Assembly: GCA_965222075.1 (NCBI GenBank)
Contig: OZ244937.1
Coordinates: forward strand, 576,001-640,000
Direction: 5' to 3'
Length of the DNA stretch: 64,000 nucleotides
Source: Candidatus Latescibacterota bacterium
GTDB lineage: Bacteria; Latescibacterota; UBA2968; GCA-2709665
The position numbers and the translations under genes are program-made. Under the pieces are notes generated by a model. That model made no database searches. It worked only from the letters and a program-made list of their open reading frames with translations, and had not been told where the DNA came from. Every line of letters starts with the position of its first letter. Within the stretch, counting starts at the first letter, position 1. Below, in pieces: positions 51,456 to 62,321 of the stretch.

Positions 51456-52262
51456 ATGGCCAATTTCTTTGAACAGGTTCAAGAAAAGGTCGAGCGTCGG
51501 ATTTCTAAACGTGTGCTCAAGGCCGTCGCGTCTCTGTTTACTGCCTCCCTCCTGCTGATGGTCCTGGGAGGGACCGCCGCCACCTTGGAATACCGGACCA
51601 ACTGGATTGCAAAGTGGGTCGGCAATGTGTTAACAGATACCAATGCCCGCCGGCGCACAGTAGGAGGTGTCTGGGTGCAGCTTCGGGCGCGGGCGGAGGC
51701 GCAGGAGACGTTCGACGGTGGGGCAGCGGTTTCTCTGCCCGAAAGTAGAGAGGGGCTTCCGGAGGCGGTCTCGGCCGGCCGGTTTGAGATGGAGCGGGTA
51801 CCGGAAACGGGGATGCCCGGGTTCGTGGCGGTCTGGCGGACTCCCATTGGCTCAGGAGAGCAGCGGGATATGCCTGAATTGGTGGAGAGTCTGCGGATTT
51901 TCCGGGCGGGTCTGGCGCTGCTGGAGGCAGCCGCGCTTCCGGATGTGCGGTATCGAGGGCGGGTGCAGCAGGAGGTTGCAGCGCTCTACCGGCAGGTGGG
52001 GGGGGTGGACGAAGTGGTGCAGGTCGCTGCGGATTCGGTGGTGGCGGCGGTTGCTGCGGAACTGGCACGGGAGATTACGGACCGGCTGCGGCGTGAGGAG
52101 CAGGCGGTGGTGCTAAAGGATTATCGGGCCGGTCGCGTGGGCCAGATCCTCCTGCAGCGGGGGCTGGGGCGCTATGAGGGGGAGGTCTCCTACCATGACC
52201 CGGAAACACCAGGCGTAAGCTTTGAGATTGCGCCGGAACAGGTAGCCCGGATTTTCCGGTGA
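51456..52262 (+). CDS. Hypothetical membrane-anchored protein
   Basis: N-terminal hydrophobic helix, host-like codon usage. Confidence 0.65.
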   Translation: MANFFEQVQEKVERRISKRVLKAVASLFTASLLLMVLGGTAATLEYRTNWIAKWVGNVLTDTNARRRTVGGVWVQLRARAEAQETFDGGAAVSLPESREGLPEAVSAGRFEMERVPETGMPGFVAVWRTPIGSGEQRDMPELVESLRIFRAGLALLEAAALPDVRYRGRVQQEVAALYRQVGGVDEVVQVAADSVVAAVAAELAREITDRLRREEQAVVLKDYRAGRVGQILLQRGLGRYEGEVSYHDPETPGVSFEIAPEQVARIFR

Positions 52263-52277
52263 GGCAGGGATCATCCT

Positions 52278-52289
52278 GGGGGGGGGGGG
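52278..52289 (+). repeat. Intergenic G12 homopolymer
   Basis: ATCCT-G12-AGGAT just upstream of the PBP1A start. Confidence 0.8.
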
Positions 52290-52299
52290 AGGATTTTCC

Positions 52300-54411
52300 G
52301 TGCAGATCCGTAAACATAAAATGTCAAAGCGTTTTACTGTCCCTGTCTGGGCCAGATTGGCCCTGGTCCTGACAGCCGATGTGCTGCTCATCGGGACGAT
52401 GGGCTTCCTGTGGGTTGTTATGACCCTACCCCGAATCCCGGAAGATCCGGAGGCGCTGGGCGTTCAGCCGGGGGTGAAGATCTACGCGGATTCGGGGGAA
52501 CTGCTCTACACGTTCAACCGGCGTATGAAGGGGGTGACGCTGGAGGAGGTAAGCCCCTTTTTTATTCAGGCGGTGCTGGCGACGGAGGACCAGGCGTTTT
52601 ACCGACATCGCGGGTTCAGCGTCAGGGCGATTCTGGGGGCGTTCTACGACAATTTGCGCCACATGCGGAAGGTGAGAGGTGGGAGCACGATTACCCAGCA
52701 GATTGTAAAGAACCTCTTTCTGTCGCGGGAGAAGACCTATATCCGGAAGCTGAAAGAGGTCCTGCTGGCGGTGCAGCTTGAGACGATGTTTGAGCGGCGG
52801 TACGGGGAGGGCTACAAGCGGAAGCTGCTGGAACTCTATATGAACGGGAGTTTCTACGGGACGAACGCATACGGGGTAGAGGACGCGGCGCAGACCTATT
52901 TCGGAAAACGGGCGGCGGACCTGAATCTGCAGGAGGCGGCAGTGCTGGCGGGGCTGCCGAATGCGCCAAGCGCGCTGAGCCCGTTCCGGGAGGGGGGGGA
53001 GCATACGATGCAGAGGATGAGGCACGTGTTGCGGCGGATGCGGGCGGCAGGGTTTATCACGCAGGAGGAAATGGACCGGGCGGTGAAGATGCCGCCGGCG
53101 TTTGCATCGGAGCGGAGGCCCCGCAACCGGACGCCCTATTTTGTAGAGACGATCAAGGCGAAAGTGGTCCGGCAGTGGGGGCGTTCTGCGCTCAGTTTTG
53201 GGGGGTTGAATATCTATACGACGCTGGACCTGAAGATGCAGAAGGCTGCGGAGCAGGCGGTGGCCGAGGGGCTTGCGGACCTGGACGGGCGGCTGGGGTT
53301 TCCGGATTACCGGGAGGTGTCGAAGGCGGAACGGGCGGACTACGTTCAGGGGGCGTTGATCTGTCTGGACCCCAAAACGGGCTATGTGAGGGCAATGGTG
53401 GGGGGGCGAGATATCTTTATGAGCTATTACAACCGGGCAACGACGGCACGGCGGCAGCCGGGGTCGGGGTTCAAGCCGGTGGTCTACCTGGCTGCGTTTA
53501 CCGCAGGGAAGGTGACGCCGGTGTCGCTGTTTGCGGACGAGCCCCGGACCTATGTGGTGAACCGGCGGCGGTGGTCGCCGAAGAATTTTAAGGACCAGTA
53601 CCTGGGGATGACGACGGCGGCCTGGGCACTGATCCGGTCGGCGAATGCAACAAGCGTGCAGGTGGCGCAACGGGTCGGACCGGAGCGGGTAGCTGCGATG
53701 GGGAAACGGCTGGGCATCCGGAGTCCGCTGGGCGCCTATCCGAGCCTTGCGCTGGGGACGGAAGAGGTGACGCTGCTGGACATGGCGTCGGCATTTGGGA
53801 CGGTTGCGAACTACGGCATCCGGGTGGAGCCGACGTTTGTCCGGTTGGTCGAGGACCTGGAGGGGCGGCCCGTGTACCGGCACCGGGTGCGTCGGGAGCC
53901 GGTGCTGGCGGCGGCGGATGCGTACGTGATGATCCGGCTGATGCAGAATGTGGTGGACCGGGGGACGGGACGGGCGGTGCGAGCGGCAGGGTTCAGGAGG
54001 CCGGCGGCGGGTAAGACGGGGACAACAAACGACAATACGGACGCCTGGTTTACGGGGTTTACACCGGAGCTGGTGGTCAGCGTATGGGTGGGGTTCGACC
54101 GGCGAGAGGGAAAGCGGAGGCTGGTGGAGGCACGCACCCGGCGCCAGATTACGGGGGGCAGCGGCGCAGCGCCGATCTGGGCGGCGTTTATGAAAGCGGT
54201 TGCGGCCGATCGCGCGGCCAAAGCCTTCTGGACGCCGGCAGGGGTACGGGATGTGGTTGTGGATGCTCGTACCGGGGTCGCCGTTGATGCGGACACGCTG
54301 TCTGAGCATCTACCGATCCGGATTGCACTGCCGGAGGGCGTCTGGCCAAATACACCGGAAGAGGCGGCGGGATTTCAGGGGGCGGACAGCAGCGTGAAGC
54401 GTGAACGATAA
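52300..54411 (+). CDS. Class A penicillin-binding protein (PBP1A family)
   Basis: TM anchor, EDQAFY, GGSTITQQ, SGFK (SxxK), SAN, KTG. Confidence 0.95.
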   Translation: MQIRKHKMSKRFTVPVWARLALVLTADVLLIGTMGFLWVVMTLPRIPEDPEALGVQPGVKIYADSGELLYTFNRRMKGVTLEEVSPFFIQAVLATEDQAFYRHRGFSVRAILGAFYDNLRHMRKVRGGSTITQQIVKNLFLSREKTYIRKLKEVLLAVQLETMFERRYGEGYKRKLLELYMNGSFYGTNAYGVEDAAQTYFGKRAADLNLQEAAVLAGLPNAPSALSPFREGGEHTMQRMRHVLRRMRAAGFITQEEMDRAVKMPPAFASERRPRNRTPYFVETIKAKVVRQWGRSALSFGGLNIYTTLDLKMQKAAEQAVAEGLADLDGRLGFPDYREVSKAERADYVQGALICLDPKTGYVRAMVGGRDIFMSYYNRATTARRQPGSGFKPVVYLAAFTAGKVTPVSLFADEPRTYVVNRRRWSPKNFKDQYLGMTTAAWALIRSANATSVQVAQRVGPERVAAMGKRLGIRSPLGAYPSLALGTEEVTLLDMASAFGTVANYGIRVEPTFVRLVEDLEGRPVYRHRVRREPVLAAADAYVMIRLMQNVVDRGTGRAVRAAGFRRPAAGKTGTTNDNTDAWFTGFTPELVVSVWVGFDRREGKRRLVEARTRRQITGGSGAAPIWAAFMKAVAADRAAKAFWTPAGVRDVVVDARTGVAVDADTLSEHLPIRIALPEGVWPNTPEEAAGFQGADSSVKRER

Positions 54412-54518
54412 AATATGAGGAGATGAGGTTCTGCTTGACAGAATGGATTTCGTTTGCGAGTATTCTACAGTTCAATTATATACTGGATTTGCGGCCAGAG
54501 TGTCGCTTTTGAGTGAGT

Positions 54519-55136
54519 ATGGATGCTGGTGAGGATATACAGAACGTCCTGATCCAGCCCGAGGCCATCCGGAAGAAGGTGCAGGCCCTTGGGCGGCAGA
54601 TCTCCGAAGACTACGGCACCCGGACCTGTCTGCCTGCCCGCCTGTCTGCCGGCTTGGCACAGGCAGCGCAGCGCGGCAGGCAGGCCGATTCGGTGGTACT
54701 CATCGGCATTTTAAAAGGCGCCATGTTCTTTCTGGCCGACCTGGCCCGAGCGATTACAAGCCCGGTCGAGATCGAGCTGATGTCGATTTCCAGCTACGGT
54801 TTTTCCACCCGGAGTTCCGGGGTCGTGCGCATCCTCAAGGATCTGGACGTTAGCATTACGGACCGCCATGTTCTGATCGTTGAGGATATTGTCGATACCG
54901 GCCTTACCCTGAGCTACCTGCTGTGCAACCTCCAGGCCAGACACCCCAAAAGCCTCAGGGTATGCACGCTCCTGGACAAGCCTGCCCGCCGGTCTGTGGA
55001 TGTCTCGATCGCCTATTTGGGATTTACGATTCCGGACGAATTCGTGGTGGGGTACGGGCTCGATTTTAACCAGCGGTACCGAAATCTGCCTTTTATCGGC
55101 GTTCTCAAAGCCGAATGCTACGGGTTGGACGAATAA
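54519..55136 (+). CDS. hpt: Hypoxanthine phosphoribosyltransferase with 20-aa insertion
   Basis: [34 protein letters not shown]. Confidence 0.95.
   Translation: MDAGEDIQNVLIQPEAIRKKVQALGRQISEDYGTRTCLPARLSAGLAQAAQRGRQADSVVLIGILKGAMFFLADLARAITSPVEIELMSISSYGFSTRSSGVVRILKDLDVSITDRHVLIVEDIVDTGLTLSYLLCNLQARHPKSLRVCTLLDKPARRSVDVSIAYLGFTIPDEFVVGYGLDFNQRYRNLPFIGVLKAECYGLDE
54625..54684. repeat. Nested palindromic elements, 60 bp in-frame inside hpt
   Basis: CCTGTCTGCCTGCCCG[CCTGTCTGCCGGCTTGGCACAGGCAG]CGCAGCGCGGCAGGCAGG. Confidence 0.85.
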
Positions 55137-55137
55137 G

Positions 55138-56052
55138 ATGGTGAACGCGGTGAACAGGTCTGCCGGGACAAGGTTGCAGGACGCTTTGCAACAGGAGAAG
55201 CCGCTACAGGTGGTGGGGACGGTTAACGCCCTGACTGCCCTGATGGCGAAACGCGCCGGGTTTTGCGCTATCTATCTGTCAGGCTCTGGCGTGGCCGGCG
55301 CGTCATACGGATTGCCCGACCTGGGCATCACAACCCTGGACAATGTGGCAGAAGACGCGCGCCGGATTACGGATGCGGTTGAGCTGCCCCTGCTGGTTGA
55401 CGTAGACACAGGCTTTGGCGGCACGGCGTTCTCTGTTGGCCGAACGGTTCAGACGCTTGAAAAGGTCGGCGCAGCAGCGGTTCACATCGAAGACCAGGTC
55501 GTTCAAAAGCGCTGCGGTCACCGCCCCGGAAAGAGGATTGTTTCGGCCGGGGAGATGTGTGACCGCATAAAAGCAGCCGTAGACGCCCGTTCCGATCCTG
55601 ATTTTATGGTGATGGCACGGACGGATGCTTTCGCTATCGAAGGCCTGGAGGGTGCCTTAGAGCGGGCAAGCCTGTATGTTGAAGCCGGTGCGGATGGTAT
55701 TTTCGTAGAGGCGTTGCAGGCACTGGATCACTACAGGGCATTTACAAAGGGACTTTCCGTGCCTGTGCTGGCAAATCTCACGGAATTCGGAAAAACGCCT
55801 CTGTTTACATTAGAGGAGATGCGGCGTGTTGGCGCTGCCATGGTCCTCTATCCGCTCACGGCGTTCCGGGTGATGAACAGGGCTGCTGAAGGCGCATACC
55901 GGACCATTCGAAAAGAGGGCACGCAAGCGTCTTTGATGGATAGGATGCAGACGCGGGAAGAATTGTACGATCTGCTGGACTACTATTGGTATGAGGAACT
56001 CGTAGACCGGCTTTACGGCAATCAGATAAACGGAGAGGATGAGGATGAGTGA
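55138..56052 (+). CDS. prpB: 2-methylisocitrate lyase
   Basis: [30 protein letters not shown]. Confidence 0.95.
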   Translation: MVNAVNRSAGTRLQDALQQEKPLQVVGTVNALTALMAKRAGFCAIYLSGSGVAGASYGLPDLGITTLDNVAEDARRITDAVELPLLVDVDTGFGGTAFSVGRTVQTLEKVGAAAVHIEDQVVQKRCGHRPGKRIVSAGEMCDRIKAAVDARSDPDFMVMARTDAFAIEGLEGALERASLYVEAGADGIFVEALQALDHYRAFTKGLSVPVLANLTEFGKTPLFTLEEMRRVGAAMVLYPLTAFRVMNRAAEGAYRTIRKEGTQASLMDRMQTREELYDLLDYYWYEELVDRLYGNQINGEDEDE

Positions 56053-57172
56053 AAAAACAGAGACTGCGACGGCTGTTGGGCTGCGCGGTGTTAAGGCGGG
56101 CAATACGGCGATTTGCACGGTAGGCGCAGAGGGACACGGGCTTCACTATCGCGGGTATTCGATTGAGGATCTTGCGAGCAAGAGCAGTTTTGAAGAGGTG
56201 GCTTACCTGCTTATTCACGGTGAACTCCCAACGCGCGCCCGGCTTGAGGCGTGGAGCCGTGAGATAGGGGAGAACCGCCGGCTGCCGGATATGGTGAAGA
56301 CGGTGCTGTCCACGTTTCCTTCTGACGCGCATCCAATGGATGTCTTGCGGACAGGGGTCTCCGCGCTGGGGATTGCAGAACCTGAGCAGGGTCTCGAAGA
56401 TGGGAAGAGATCCGCCGTTTGCCTGTTGGGCGCGCTTCCCTCTATGCTGGGCTACTGGTACCTGAGTTCACGCGGTAAAGAGGCGCCCCTTGATGTTGAG
56501 GTAGAGCGTCACGCCGATTATGTGATGCGAATGTTAAAGGGAGATTCACCTACCCAGCTTGAATGCCGGATGATGGACAATTCTCTCATTCTGTACGCAG
56601 AACACGAATTCAATGCCTCGACATTCACGGCTCGCGTGTGCGCTTCGACGCTGGCCGATTTCTGCTCCTGCATCGCCGGGGCCATCGGCACGTTGAGCGG
56701 GCCGCTGCACGGCGGCGCAAACGAACAGGCCATGGCGCTTATCTCTCGTTTTGAAGATCCCGAAGATGCGGCTCGGGGCGTGCGGGAAATGCTTGCCCGG
56801 AAGGAGAGAATTATGGGGTTCGGGCACGGGGTGTACAGGGTGAGAGATCCCCGGAACGGCGTTATCAAAGCGTGGGCTCGAAAGGTATCAGAAGCCAGAG
56901 GTGATATGAAGCTGTTCGAGATTTCCGAGGCGATTGAAAACGTGATGTGGGAAGAGAAACGCCTGTTTCCCAATCTGGACTATTACTCGGCTACGGCTTA
57001 CCATATGGCTGGAATCGATACGTTGCTGTTTACGCCGATATTTGTTATCAGTAGAATCAGTGGATGGGCCGCGCACGTGATTGAACAGCGCGCGGACAAC
57101 AAATTGATCCGCCCTCTGGCGAATTACACAGGGCCTGAGAATCGAGCCTATGTCCCGGTAGATGAACGTTGA
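56045..57172 (+). CDS. prpC: 2-methylcitrate synthase
   Basis: [28 protein letters not shown]; context with prpB and prpD. Confidence 0.92.
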   Translation: MSEKTETATAVGLRGVKAGNTAICTVGAEGHGLHYRGYSIEDLASKSSFEEVAYLLIHGELPTRARLEAWSREIGENRRLPDMVKTVLSTFPSDAHPMDVLRTGVSALGIAEPEQGLEDGKRSAVCLLGALPSMLGYWYLSSRGKEAPLDVEVERHADYVMRMLKGDSPTQLECRMMDNSLILYAEHEFNASTFTARVCASTLADFCSCIAGAIGTLSGPLHGGANEQAMALISRFEDPEDAARGVREMLARKERIMGFGHGVYRVRDPRNGVIKAWARKVSEARGDMKLFEISEAIENVMWEEKRLFPNLDYYSATAYHMAGIDTLLFTPIFVISRISGWAAHVIEQRADNKLIRPLANYTGPENRAYVPVDER

Positions 57173-57181
57173 AGCAGGGAT

Positions 57182-58642
57182 ATGACAGTGCCTGAGCCCT
57201 CCCTCAACATCCGGCAGCCTCCCGACCGGGAAATGGTCGATATTGCCCGTTACGTCCTGAGTTGCCGAATTGAGTCGGAAGAGGCTTATCACACAGCGCG
57301 GCACTGCCTGATGGACAGTATCGGCTGTGGCGTTCTTGCTTTGGGGTTTCCCCAGTGCCGAAAGATGCTGGGACCGATTGTGCCGGGCGCCATTGTTCCC
57401 AACGGTGTCCGCGTGCCCGGTACCGAGTTTGAGCTGGATCCTATCACGGCGGCTTTCAACATCGGTACGATGATCCGCTGGCTGGACTTCAACGACACGT
57501 GGCTGGCCGCCGAATGGGGGCATCCTTCCGACAATTTGGGGGCCGTTCTGGCTGTTGCCGATTGGGTGTCGCGAAAAGACGCCGCGAATGGATTGGAGCC
57601 CCTCAAGGTGAAAGACGTGCTCACCGCCATGGTTAAAGCATACGAGATTCAAGGCGTTATGGCTCTGGAAAACAGCTTCAACCAGCGGGGCCTGGACCAC
57701 GTCATTCTCGTCAAGCTGGCAAGTAGTGCCGTTGCGGCAGGGATGCTTGGTTGTGATGAGGAACAGGTGATCAATGCGATCTCCCAGGTCTGGTGCGACA
57801 TTGGCCCTCTGCGGACGTATCGCCACGCGCCCAATACCGGGTCTCGAAAAGGTTGGGCCGCCGGCGATGCCACCGGGCGCGGTGTTTTTCTTGCATTTCA
57901 GGCGGCACGGGGAGAAATGGGCTATCCGACGGTTCTGACGGCCCCGAATTGGGGATTCTACGATCGGATCTGGGGAGGAGAACGGTTCACGTTCCAGCGG
58001 CCCTACGGGTCATACGTGATGGAACACGTGCTTTTCAAGGTCTCCTACCCGGCGGAATTCCATGCCCAAACGGCGGTCGGTGCGGCAATCGAGCTCCACC
58101 CTCAGGTTGCAGGACGATTGGACGAGGTTGAACGTGTGGAAATCACGACCCATGAGGCTGCCATACGTATTATTGACAAAAGGGGGCCCCTGCACAACCC
58201 TGCAGACCGCGATCACTGCCTCCAGTATATGACGGCCATCGGGTTGATATCCGGAGATCTCAGGGCGGAAGACTACGGTGAGGAACGGGCGGCAGATTCT
58301 CGTGTTGACGGTCTGAGAGAAAAGATGGAGGTCGTTGAGAACCCTGAGTTCACCAGGGACTATCACGACCCCGGGAAGCGGTCCATCGCCAATACCGTAC
58401 AGGTGTTTTTTAAAGGGGGCGCTTCAACGGAGGCCGTCACCGTGGAGTATCCGATCGGACACCGGCGACGACGCAGGGAGGCCATCCCCTTACTGGAAGA
58501 TAAGTTTAAAAATAATATGGCAACAGGATTCTCTCCCGATCGTGTGCAGGAGCTTCTTGAGCTGTTCAGGGATCAACGCGGGTTGGAAGAGATGTCGGTG
58601 CCCCTTTTTATGGGGTTGCTGCAGGGTAGGGAAGGCCGATGA
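57182..58642 (+). CDS. prpD: 2-methylcitrate dehydratase
   Basis: [36 protein letters not shown]. Confidence 0.96.
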   Translation: MTVPEPSLNIRQPPDREMVDIARYVLSCRIESEEAYHTARHCLMDSIGCGVLALGFPQCRKMLGPIVPGAIVPNGVRVPGTEFELDPITAAFNIGTMIRWLDFNDTWLAAEWGHPSDNLGAVLAVADWVSRKDAANGLEPLKVKDVLTAMVKAYEIQGVMALENSFNQRGLDHVILVKLASSAVAAGMLGCDEEQVINAISQVWCDIGPLRTYRHAPNTGSRKGWAAGDATGRGVFLAFQAARGEMGYPTVLTAPNWGFYDRIWGGERFTFQRPYGSYVMEHVLFKVSYPAEFHAQTAVGAAIELHPQVAGRLDEVERVEITTHEAAIRIIDKRGPLHNPADRDHCLQYMTAIGLISGDLRAEDYGEERAADSRVDGLREKMEVVENPEFTRDYHDPGKRSIANTVQVFFKGGASTEAVTVEYPIGHRRRRREAIPLLEDKFKNNMATGFSPDRVQELLELFRDQRGLEEMSVPLFMGLLQGREGR

Positions 58643-59691
58643 ATACAGCGACGCAATGGCTCGGACGGGGCGAGCGGGCTCCGGATTTTGTCCTGCCGAT
58701 TCAGAATGGCACGCCGACGCGTTTTTATTCCAGGGCGGGAGGGGGAGCCACTGTGCTCCTCTTTTGTGACGCAGATGACACGTTGCTGCGCTTTTCTGAG
58801 GCGCTTGGCGATTGTGCGTCCGGTGCGGTGTCGATTTTTGCGGTAAAGCGCGCTGAGGCCGAGCCGCAGGTTCCCACCGGGCAGGCGATTCCCTTTCCGG
58901 TCTTTTCGGATACCGAAGGGAAGGTGAGGGCGGCGTATCGGCTGGGAGATGAGGGCAAAACGGTGCTCTTTGTGTTCGATCCGAACCTGCGAGCGCTCGG
59001 GTCGCTTGCCTTAAAGGACGCCCGGGTCGCAGCGCAGAAGGCGGTTTCTCTCTTAGACGCTTCCCTGCCCCGGGTCGAGCCCTTAGAGATTGTGACTCAG
59101 GCGCCGGTGCTGCTTATTCCCAACGTGCTGGATGAGGAGGTCTGTGAGTTCCTGATGGGCGTGTGGGAGAATCAGGGCAACGTGGAGACCGGGGTGGAGC
59201 AGTCGCGCGGGGACCGGCGGGTGGATACGGTCGACGATGAAAACAAACGCCGCCGTGACCACGTGGTAACCGATGAGAAGCTCCTGAGGCTCCTTTCATC
59301 GACGATTGGGCGGCGGGTGATGCCGGAGGTTTACAAGGCTTTTGCGTTTCGGGCCACGCGCTTTGAAGGCTTCAAGATTGCCTGTTACGATGCCGCAACG
59401 GGCGGCTTTTTTCACGCCCATCGCGACAACCTGAGCCCCTCTACCGCGCACCGCCGCTTCGCGCTGACCCTGAATCTGAACGAGGGTTACGCGGGTGGGT
59501 ACCTGAGGTTCCCGGAATACGGGCCGCACCTGTACCGGCCGGAGGCCGGGGGGGCGATTTTGTTTTCCTCTTCGCACCTTCACGAAGTGACGGAAGTGAC
59601 CGAAGGACGGCGCTTTACGCTGCTCTCTTTTCTCTTTGGAGAGGGGGATGTTCGAGCGTCCCGGGAGGCGCCGGGGGAGGGGTCTGCATGA
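58639..59691 (+). CDS. AhpC/TSA-like fold fused to 2OG-Fe(II) oxygenase
   Basis: [16 protein letters not shown]; HRDN...HEV...R facial triad. Confidence 0.82.
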   Translation: MNTATQWLGRGERAPDFVLPIQNGTPTRFYSRAGGGATVLLFCDADDTLLRFSEALGDCASGAVSIFAVKRAEAEPQVPTGQAIPFPVFSDTEGKVRAAYRLGDEGKTVLFVFDPNLRALGSLALKDARVAAQKAVSLLDASLPRVEPLEIVTQAPVLLIPNVLDEEVCEFLMGVWENQGNVETGVEQSRGDRRVDTVDDENKRRRDHVVTDEKLLRLLSSTIGRRVMPEVYKAFAFRATRFEGFKIACYDAATGGFFHAHRDNLSPSTAHRRFALTLNLNEGYAGGYLRFPEYGPHLYRPEAGGAILFSSSHLHEVTEVTEGRRFTLLSFLFGEGDVRASREAPGEGSA

Positions 59692-59701
59692 AGGGTAAAG
59701 C

Positions 59702-60559
59702 GTGAAGTGTGAAGAGATCCGGATCCGGCGGATGCGGCGGGCGGATGTCCCGACGGGGATGCGGTTCAAGGCGCTGGCGGGATGGAACCAGACCGAGCAG
59801 GACTGGGAGCGGTTTTTGGCCCTTTCTCCACAGGGGTGTTTTGTCGCGGAGGTGGGGGGGGAGCCGGTGGGGACGGTGGTGACAGTGGTCTTTGAGGGGC
59901 GCTGCGGCTGGGTGGCGATGGTGCTGGTGCCTCCGGAGCGGCGGCGGTGCGGGATTGGAACGGCCATGCTGCACCACGGCATTGCGCATTTGAGGTTGGA
60001 GGGGGTGGCGGTGGTGAAGTTGGATGCGACACCCACGGGGCGGAAGGTGTATCTGCCGCTGGGGTTTGTGGACGAGTACGGGCTGGAGCGGCGGGAAGGG
60101 CAGGGGCAGAGGTGCGCCTGGCAGTGGGTGCGGCCGATGCAGGTACAGGATCTGGGAGGGGTGATTGCCTTAGATACGCCGGCGTACGGTGTGAACCGGG
60201 GGGAACTGCTCCGCTGTCTGTTCCAGGATTCGGAGGGGGGGTGTGGGATATACCCGGGCCTGGACGGTGAGCTTCTGGGTTATGTGATGCTGCGCCCTGG
60301 AAGCGATGCCTACCAGATCGGGCCGCTGGTGGCGCAGACGGAGCAGGCGGGGAGAGACCTGTTCTGCTGGGCGCTGGACCGGCTGGCCGGAGAGGCGGTT
60401 TTTTTCGATGTGCCGCTGGAAAATCGAGCGGGGGTGGCCCTGGCGGAGGCGCACGGGTTTGTCGTGCAGCGGAAGTTTACGCGGATGTACCTGGGAGACG
60501 ATCCATGCGGGGGTGAGCCGACATGGGTGTACGCGACGTCGGGGCCGGAGAAGGGATAA
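59702..60559 (+). CDS. Tandem GNAT acetyltransferase
   Basis: GWNQ, RRCGIG, LDATPTGRKVY, IGPLVA. Confidence 0.88.
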   Translation: MKCEEIRIRRMRRADVPTGMRFKALAGWNQTEQDWERFLALSPQGCFVAEVGGEPVGTVVTVVFEGRCGWVAMVLVPPERRRCGIGTAMLHHGIAHLRLEGVAVVKLDATPTGRKVYLPLGFVDEYGLERREGQGQRCAWQWVRPMQVQDLGGVIALDTPAYGVNRGELLRCLFQDSEGGCGIYPGLDGELLGYVMLRPGSDAYQIGPLVAQTEQAGRDLFCWALDRLAGEAVFFDVPLENRAGVALAEAHGFVVQRKFTRMYLGDDPCGGEPTWVYATSGPEKG

Positions 60560-60658
60560 GGGTGGCGTAGGGCACCAAAAATCGCGGTGGTAGAGCCGTG
60601 AATCGGGCAAAAAGCCCCGGCCTTTTTGAGCAGGGGTTGACCATCCGGACGGGAGGTT

Positions 60659-61720
60659 TTGGTGAAAGCAGTCGAGCGGCTCAAAGCATCCCAAAGGCGC
60701 GTTGAGGCTGGATTGCGGCCGATTCTGGGGATCACGATGGGGGATGCCTGCGGTATTGGCGCCGAGGTGATTGTGAAGGCTCTGAGCAATCCCGAGGTCT
60801 ATCGGTTCTGCCGACCCCTGGTGATCGGTCATCCGGCGATCTTGGAGGCGAACCTGAAATTTGCGGGACGGCCGCTGGAGGTCCCAACGGTGGCGTCTCC
60901 AGAGGCGGGGGCTTACCGATGGGGGGCGATCGATACCTGGAGCCCGGTGGATGTGGATCTTTCGCAGATCCGGACGGGGAGGGTCTGTCCGGAGGCGGGG
61001 CGGGCAGCGGTGGAATGGGTGGCGGCAGCCGTGGACTTAGCGATGGCCGGGCGGATCGATGGGGTGGTGACGGCACCTCTGAACAAGGAGGCAATGAACC
61101 GGGCCGGGTTCCCCTATGCGGGGCACACGGAGCTGCTGGCCGATCGGACAGCGTCGCAAAAGGTCCGGCTCATGCTGGCGTCGGAGCGGCTGAACGTGGC
61201 GCACGTGACCGGGCATGTCGCCCTGGACAGTGTTAAGGCGCATCTGACGCAGAAACGGGTGTTCGATACGATTGCGCTGGTGCGGCAGGCCTTAAAAGAT
61301 ATGGGGCGACCCAACCTCCGGATTGCCGTGTGCGGCTTCAACCCCCACGCAGGCGAGTCGGGCCTGTTCGGCGATGAGGATGCGGAGGTTATCCTCCCGG
61401 CGGTGGAACAGGCAAGGCGCGCAGGGTGGGATGTGATGGGCCCCCTACCGCCTGATACGACGTTTTTTAAGGCCTACGACGGGAAGTTTGACGCGGTGGT
61501 GGCGATGTACCACGATCAGGGACACATTCCGGTCAAGCTGGTGGCTTTCGACGAGGCGGTGAACGTGACGCTGGGACTCCCGATTGTGCGCACGTCGGTG
61601 GACCACGGGACGGCGTTCGATATTGCCGGAAAAGGCGTGGCCGATGAGAGGAACATGCTGCAGGCCATCCGGATGGGGACACGGCTGGTGGCAAGGCGGG
61701 CGATGCGTGGTGAGTTGTGA
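60659..61720 (+). CDS. pdxA: 4-hydroxythreonine-4-phosphate dehydrogenase family (PdxA/PdxA2)
   Basis: TMGDACGIGAE, GHTE, NPHAGE, MYHDQGH, RTSVDHGTAFDIAG. Confidence 0.93.
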   Translation: MVKAVERLKASQRRVEAGLRPILGITMGDACGIGAEVIVKALSNPEVYRFCRPLVIGHPAILEANLKFAGRPLEVPTVASPEAGAYRWGAIDTWSPVDVDLSQIRTGRVCPEAGRAAVEWVAAAVDLAMAGRIDGVVTAPLNKEAMNRAGFPYAGHTELLADRTASQKVRLMLASERLNVAHVTGHVALDSVKAHLTQKRVFDTIALVRQALKDMGRPNLRIAVCGFNPHAGESGLFGDEDAEVILPAVEQARRAGWDVMGPLPPDTTFFKAYDGKFDAVVAMYHDQGHIPVKLVAFDEAVNVTLGLPIVRTSVDHGTAFDIAGKGVADERNMLQAIRMGTRLVARRAMRGEL

Positions 61721-61782
61721 GGTACAGCCGCCCCACCGTTTGCGGCTTCTACTCACGACTCGCCAGGGGCAGGGACAGGGGC

Positions 61783-62160
61783 CTATTCCATTCCCGCGAT
61801 GAAGTCCATCGAGACGAGGTTGGCCCCGATGTCCGAGAAGATGGGGGTGCGCGCGGGCCGGTTTTCAGGGAAGAATTCGCCGTATGCCTCGTTGAAGTCC
61901 GCAAAGAGCGACCGGTCTTGCAGGATGACGGTGACCTTGACGATATTGTCCAGGGAGGTGCCCGCGTCTTCGAGGATGGCGGAGACGTTGGTGAGGATGC
62001 GTTTTGTCTGGGCTTTGACGTCGCCCGTTTCGGGCTGGCCGGTTTCGGGATCGACGGGGCCCTGTGCGGAGATGAAGATGAGGTCTCCATAGATGACGGC
62101 CTGGGAGTAAGGGAATTTGGGGATGGGACCCCGCTGGCTGGTGAAGGGACGTTTTTTCAT
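61783..62160 (-). CDS. RidA/YjgF-family protein
   Basis: PYSQA, SAQGP, VKVTV, NEAYGEFF..RPAR. Confidence 0.9.
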   Translation of the reverse strand: MKKRPFTSQRGPIPKFPYSQAVIYGDLIFISAQGPVDPETGQPETGDVKAQTKRILTNVSAILEDAGTSLDNIVKVTVILQDRSLFADFNEAYGEFFPENRPARTPIFSDIGANLVSMDFIAGME

Positions 62161-62321
62161 GCGTGTTCTCCAGGGTAAGGGTTGGCAACCGGTAGGATCA
62201 AGATAAAGCGGAACACGCTCCGGACGGAGAGATTGCCGAGCGAAGGCAGGGCATGACCGTGGAGGAAGTCTTCATGGTTGCGAAGTCGAAGGAGGGATGA
62301 GGGGACACAGGTGGTTGCTTT

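Noticed and set aside
61717-62178. 153-aa plus-strand ORF overlapping the pdxA stop
   Set aside because: Antisense to a clear RidA gene.
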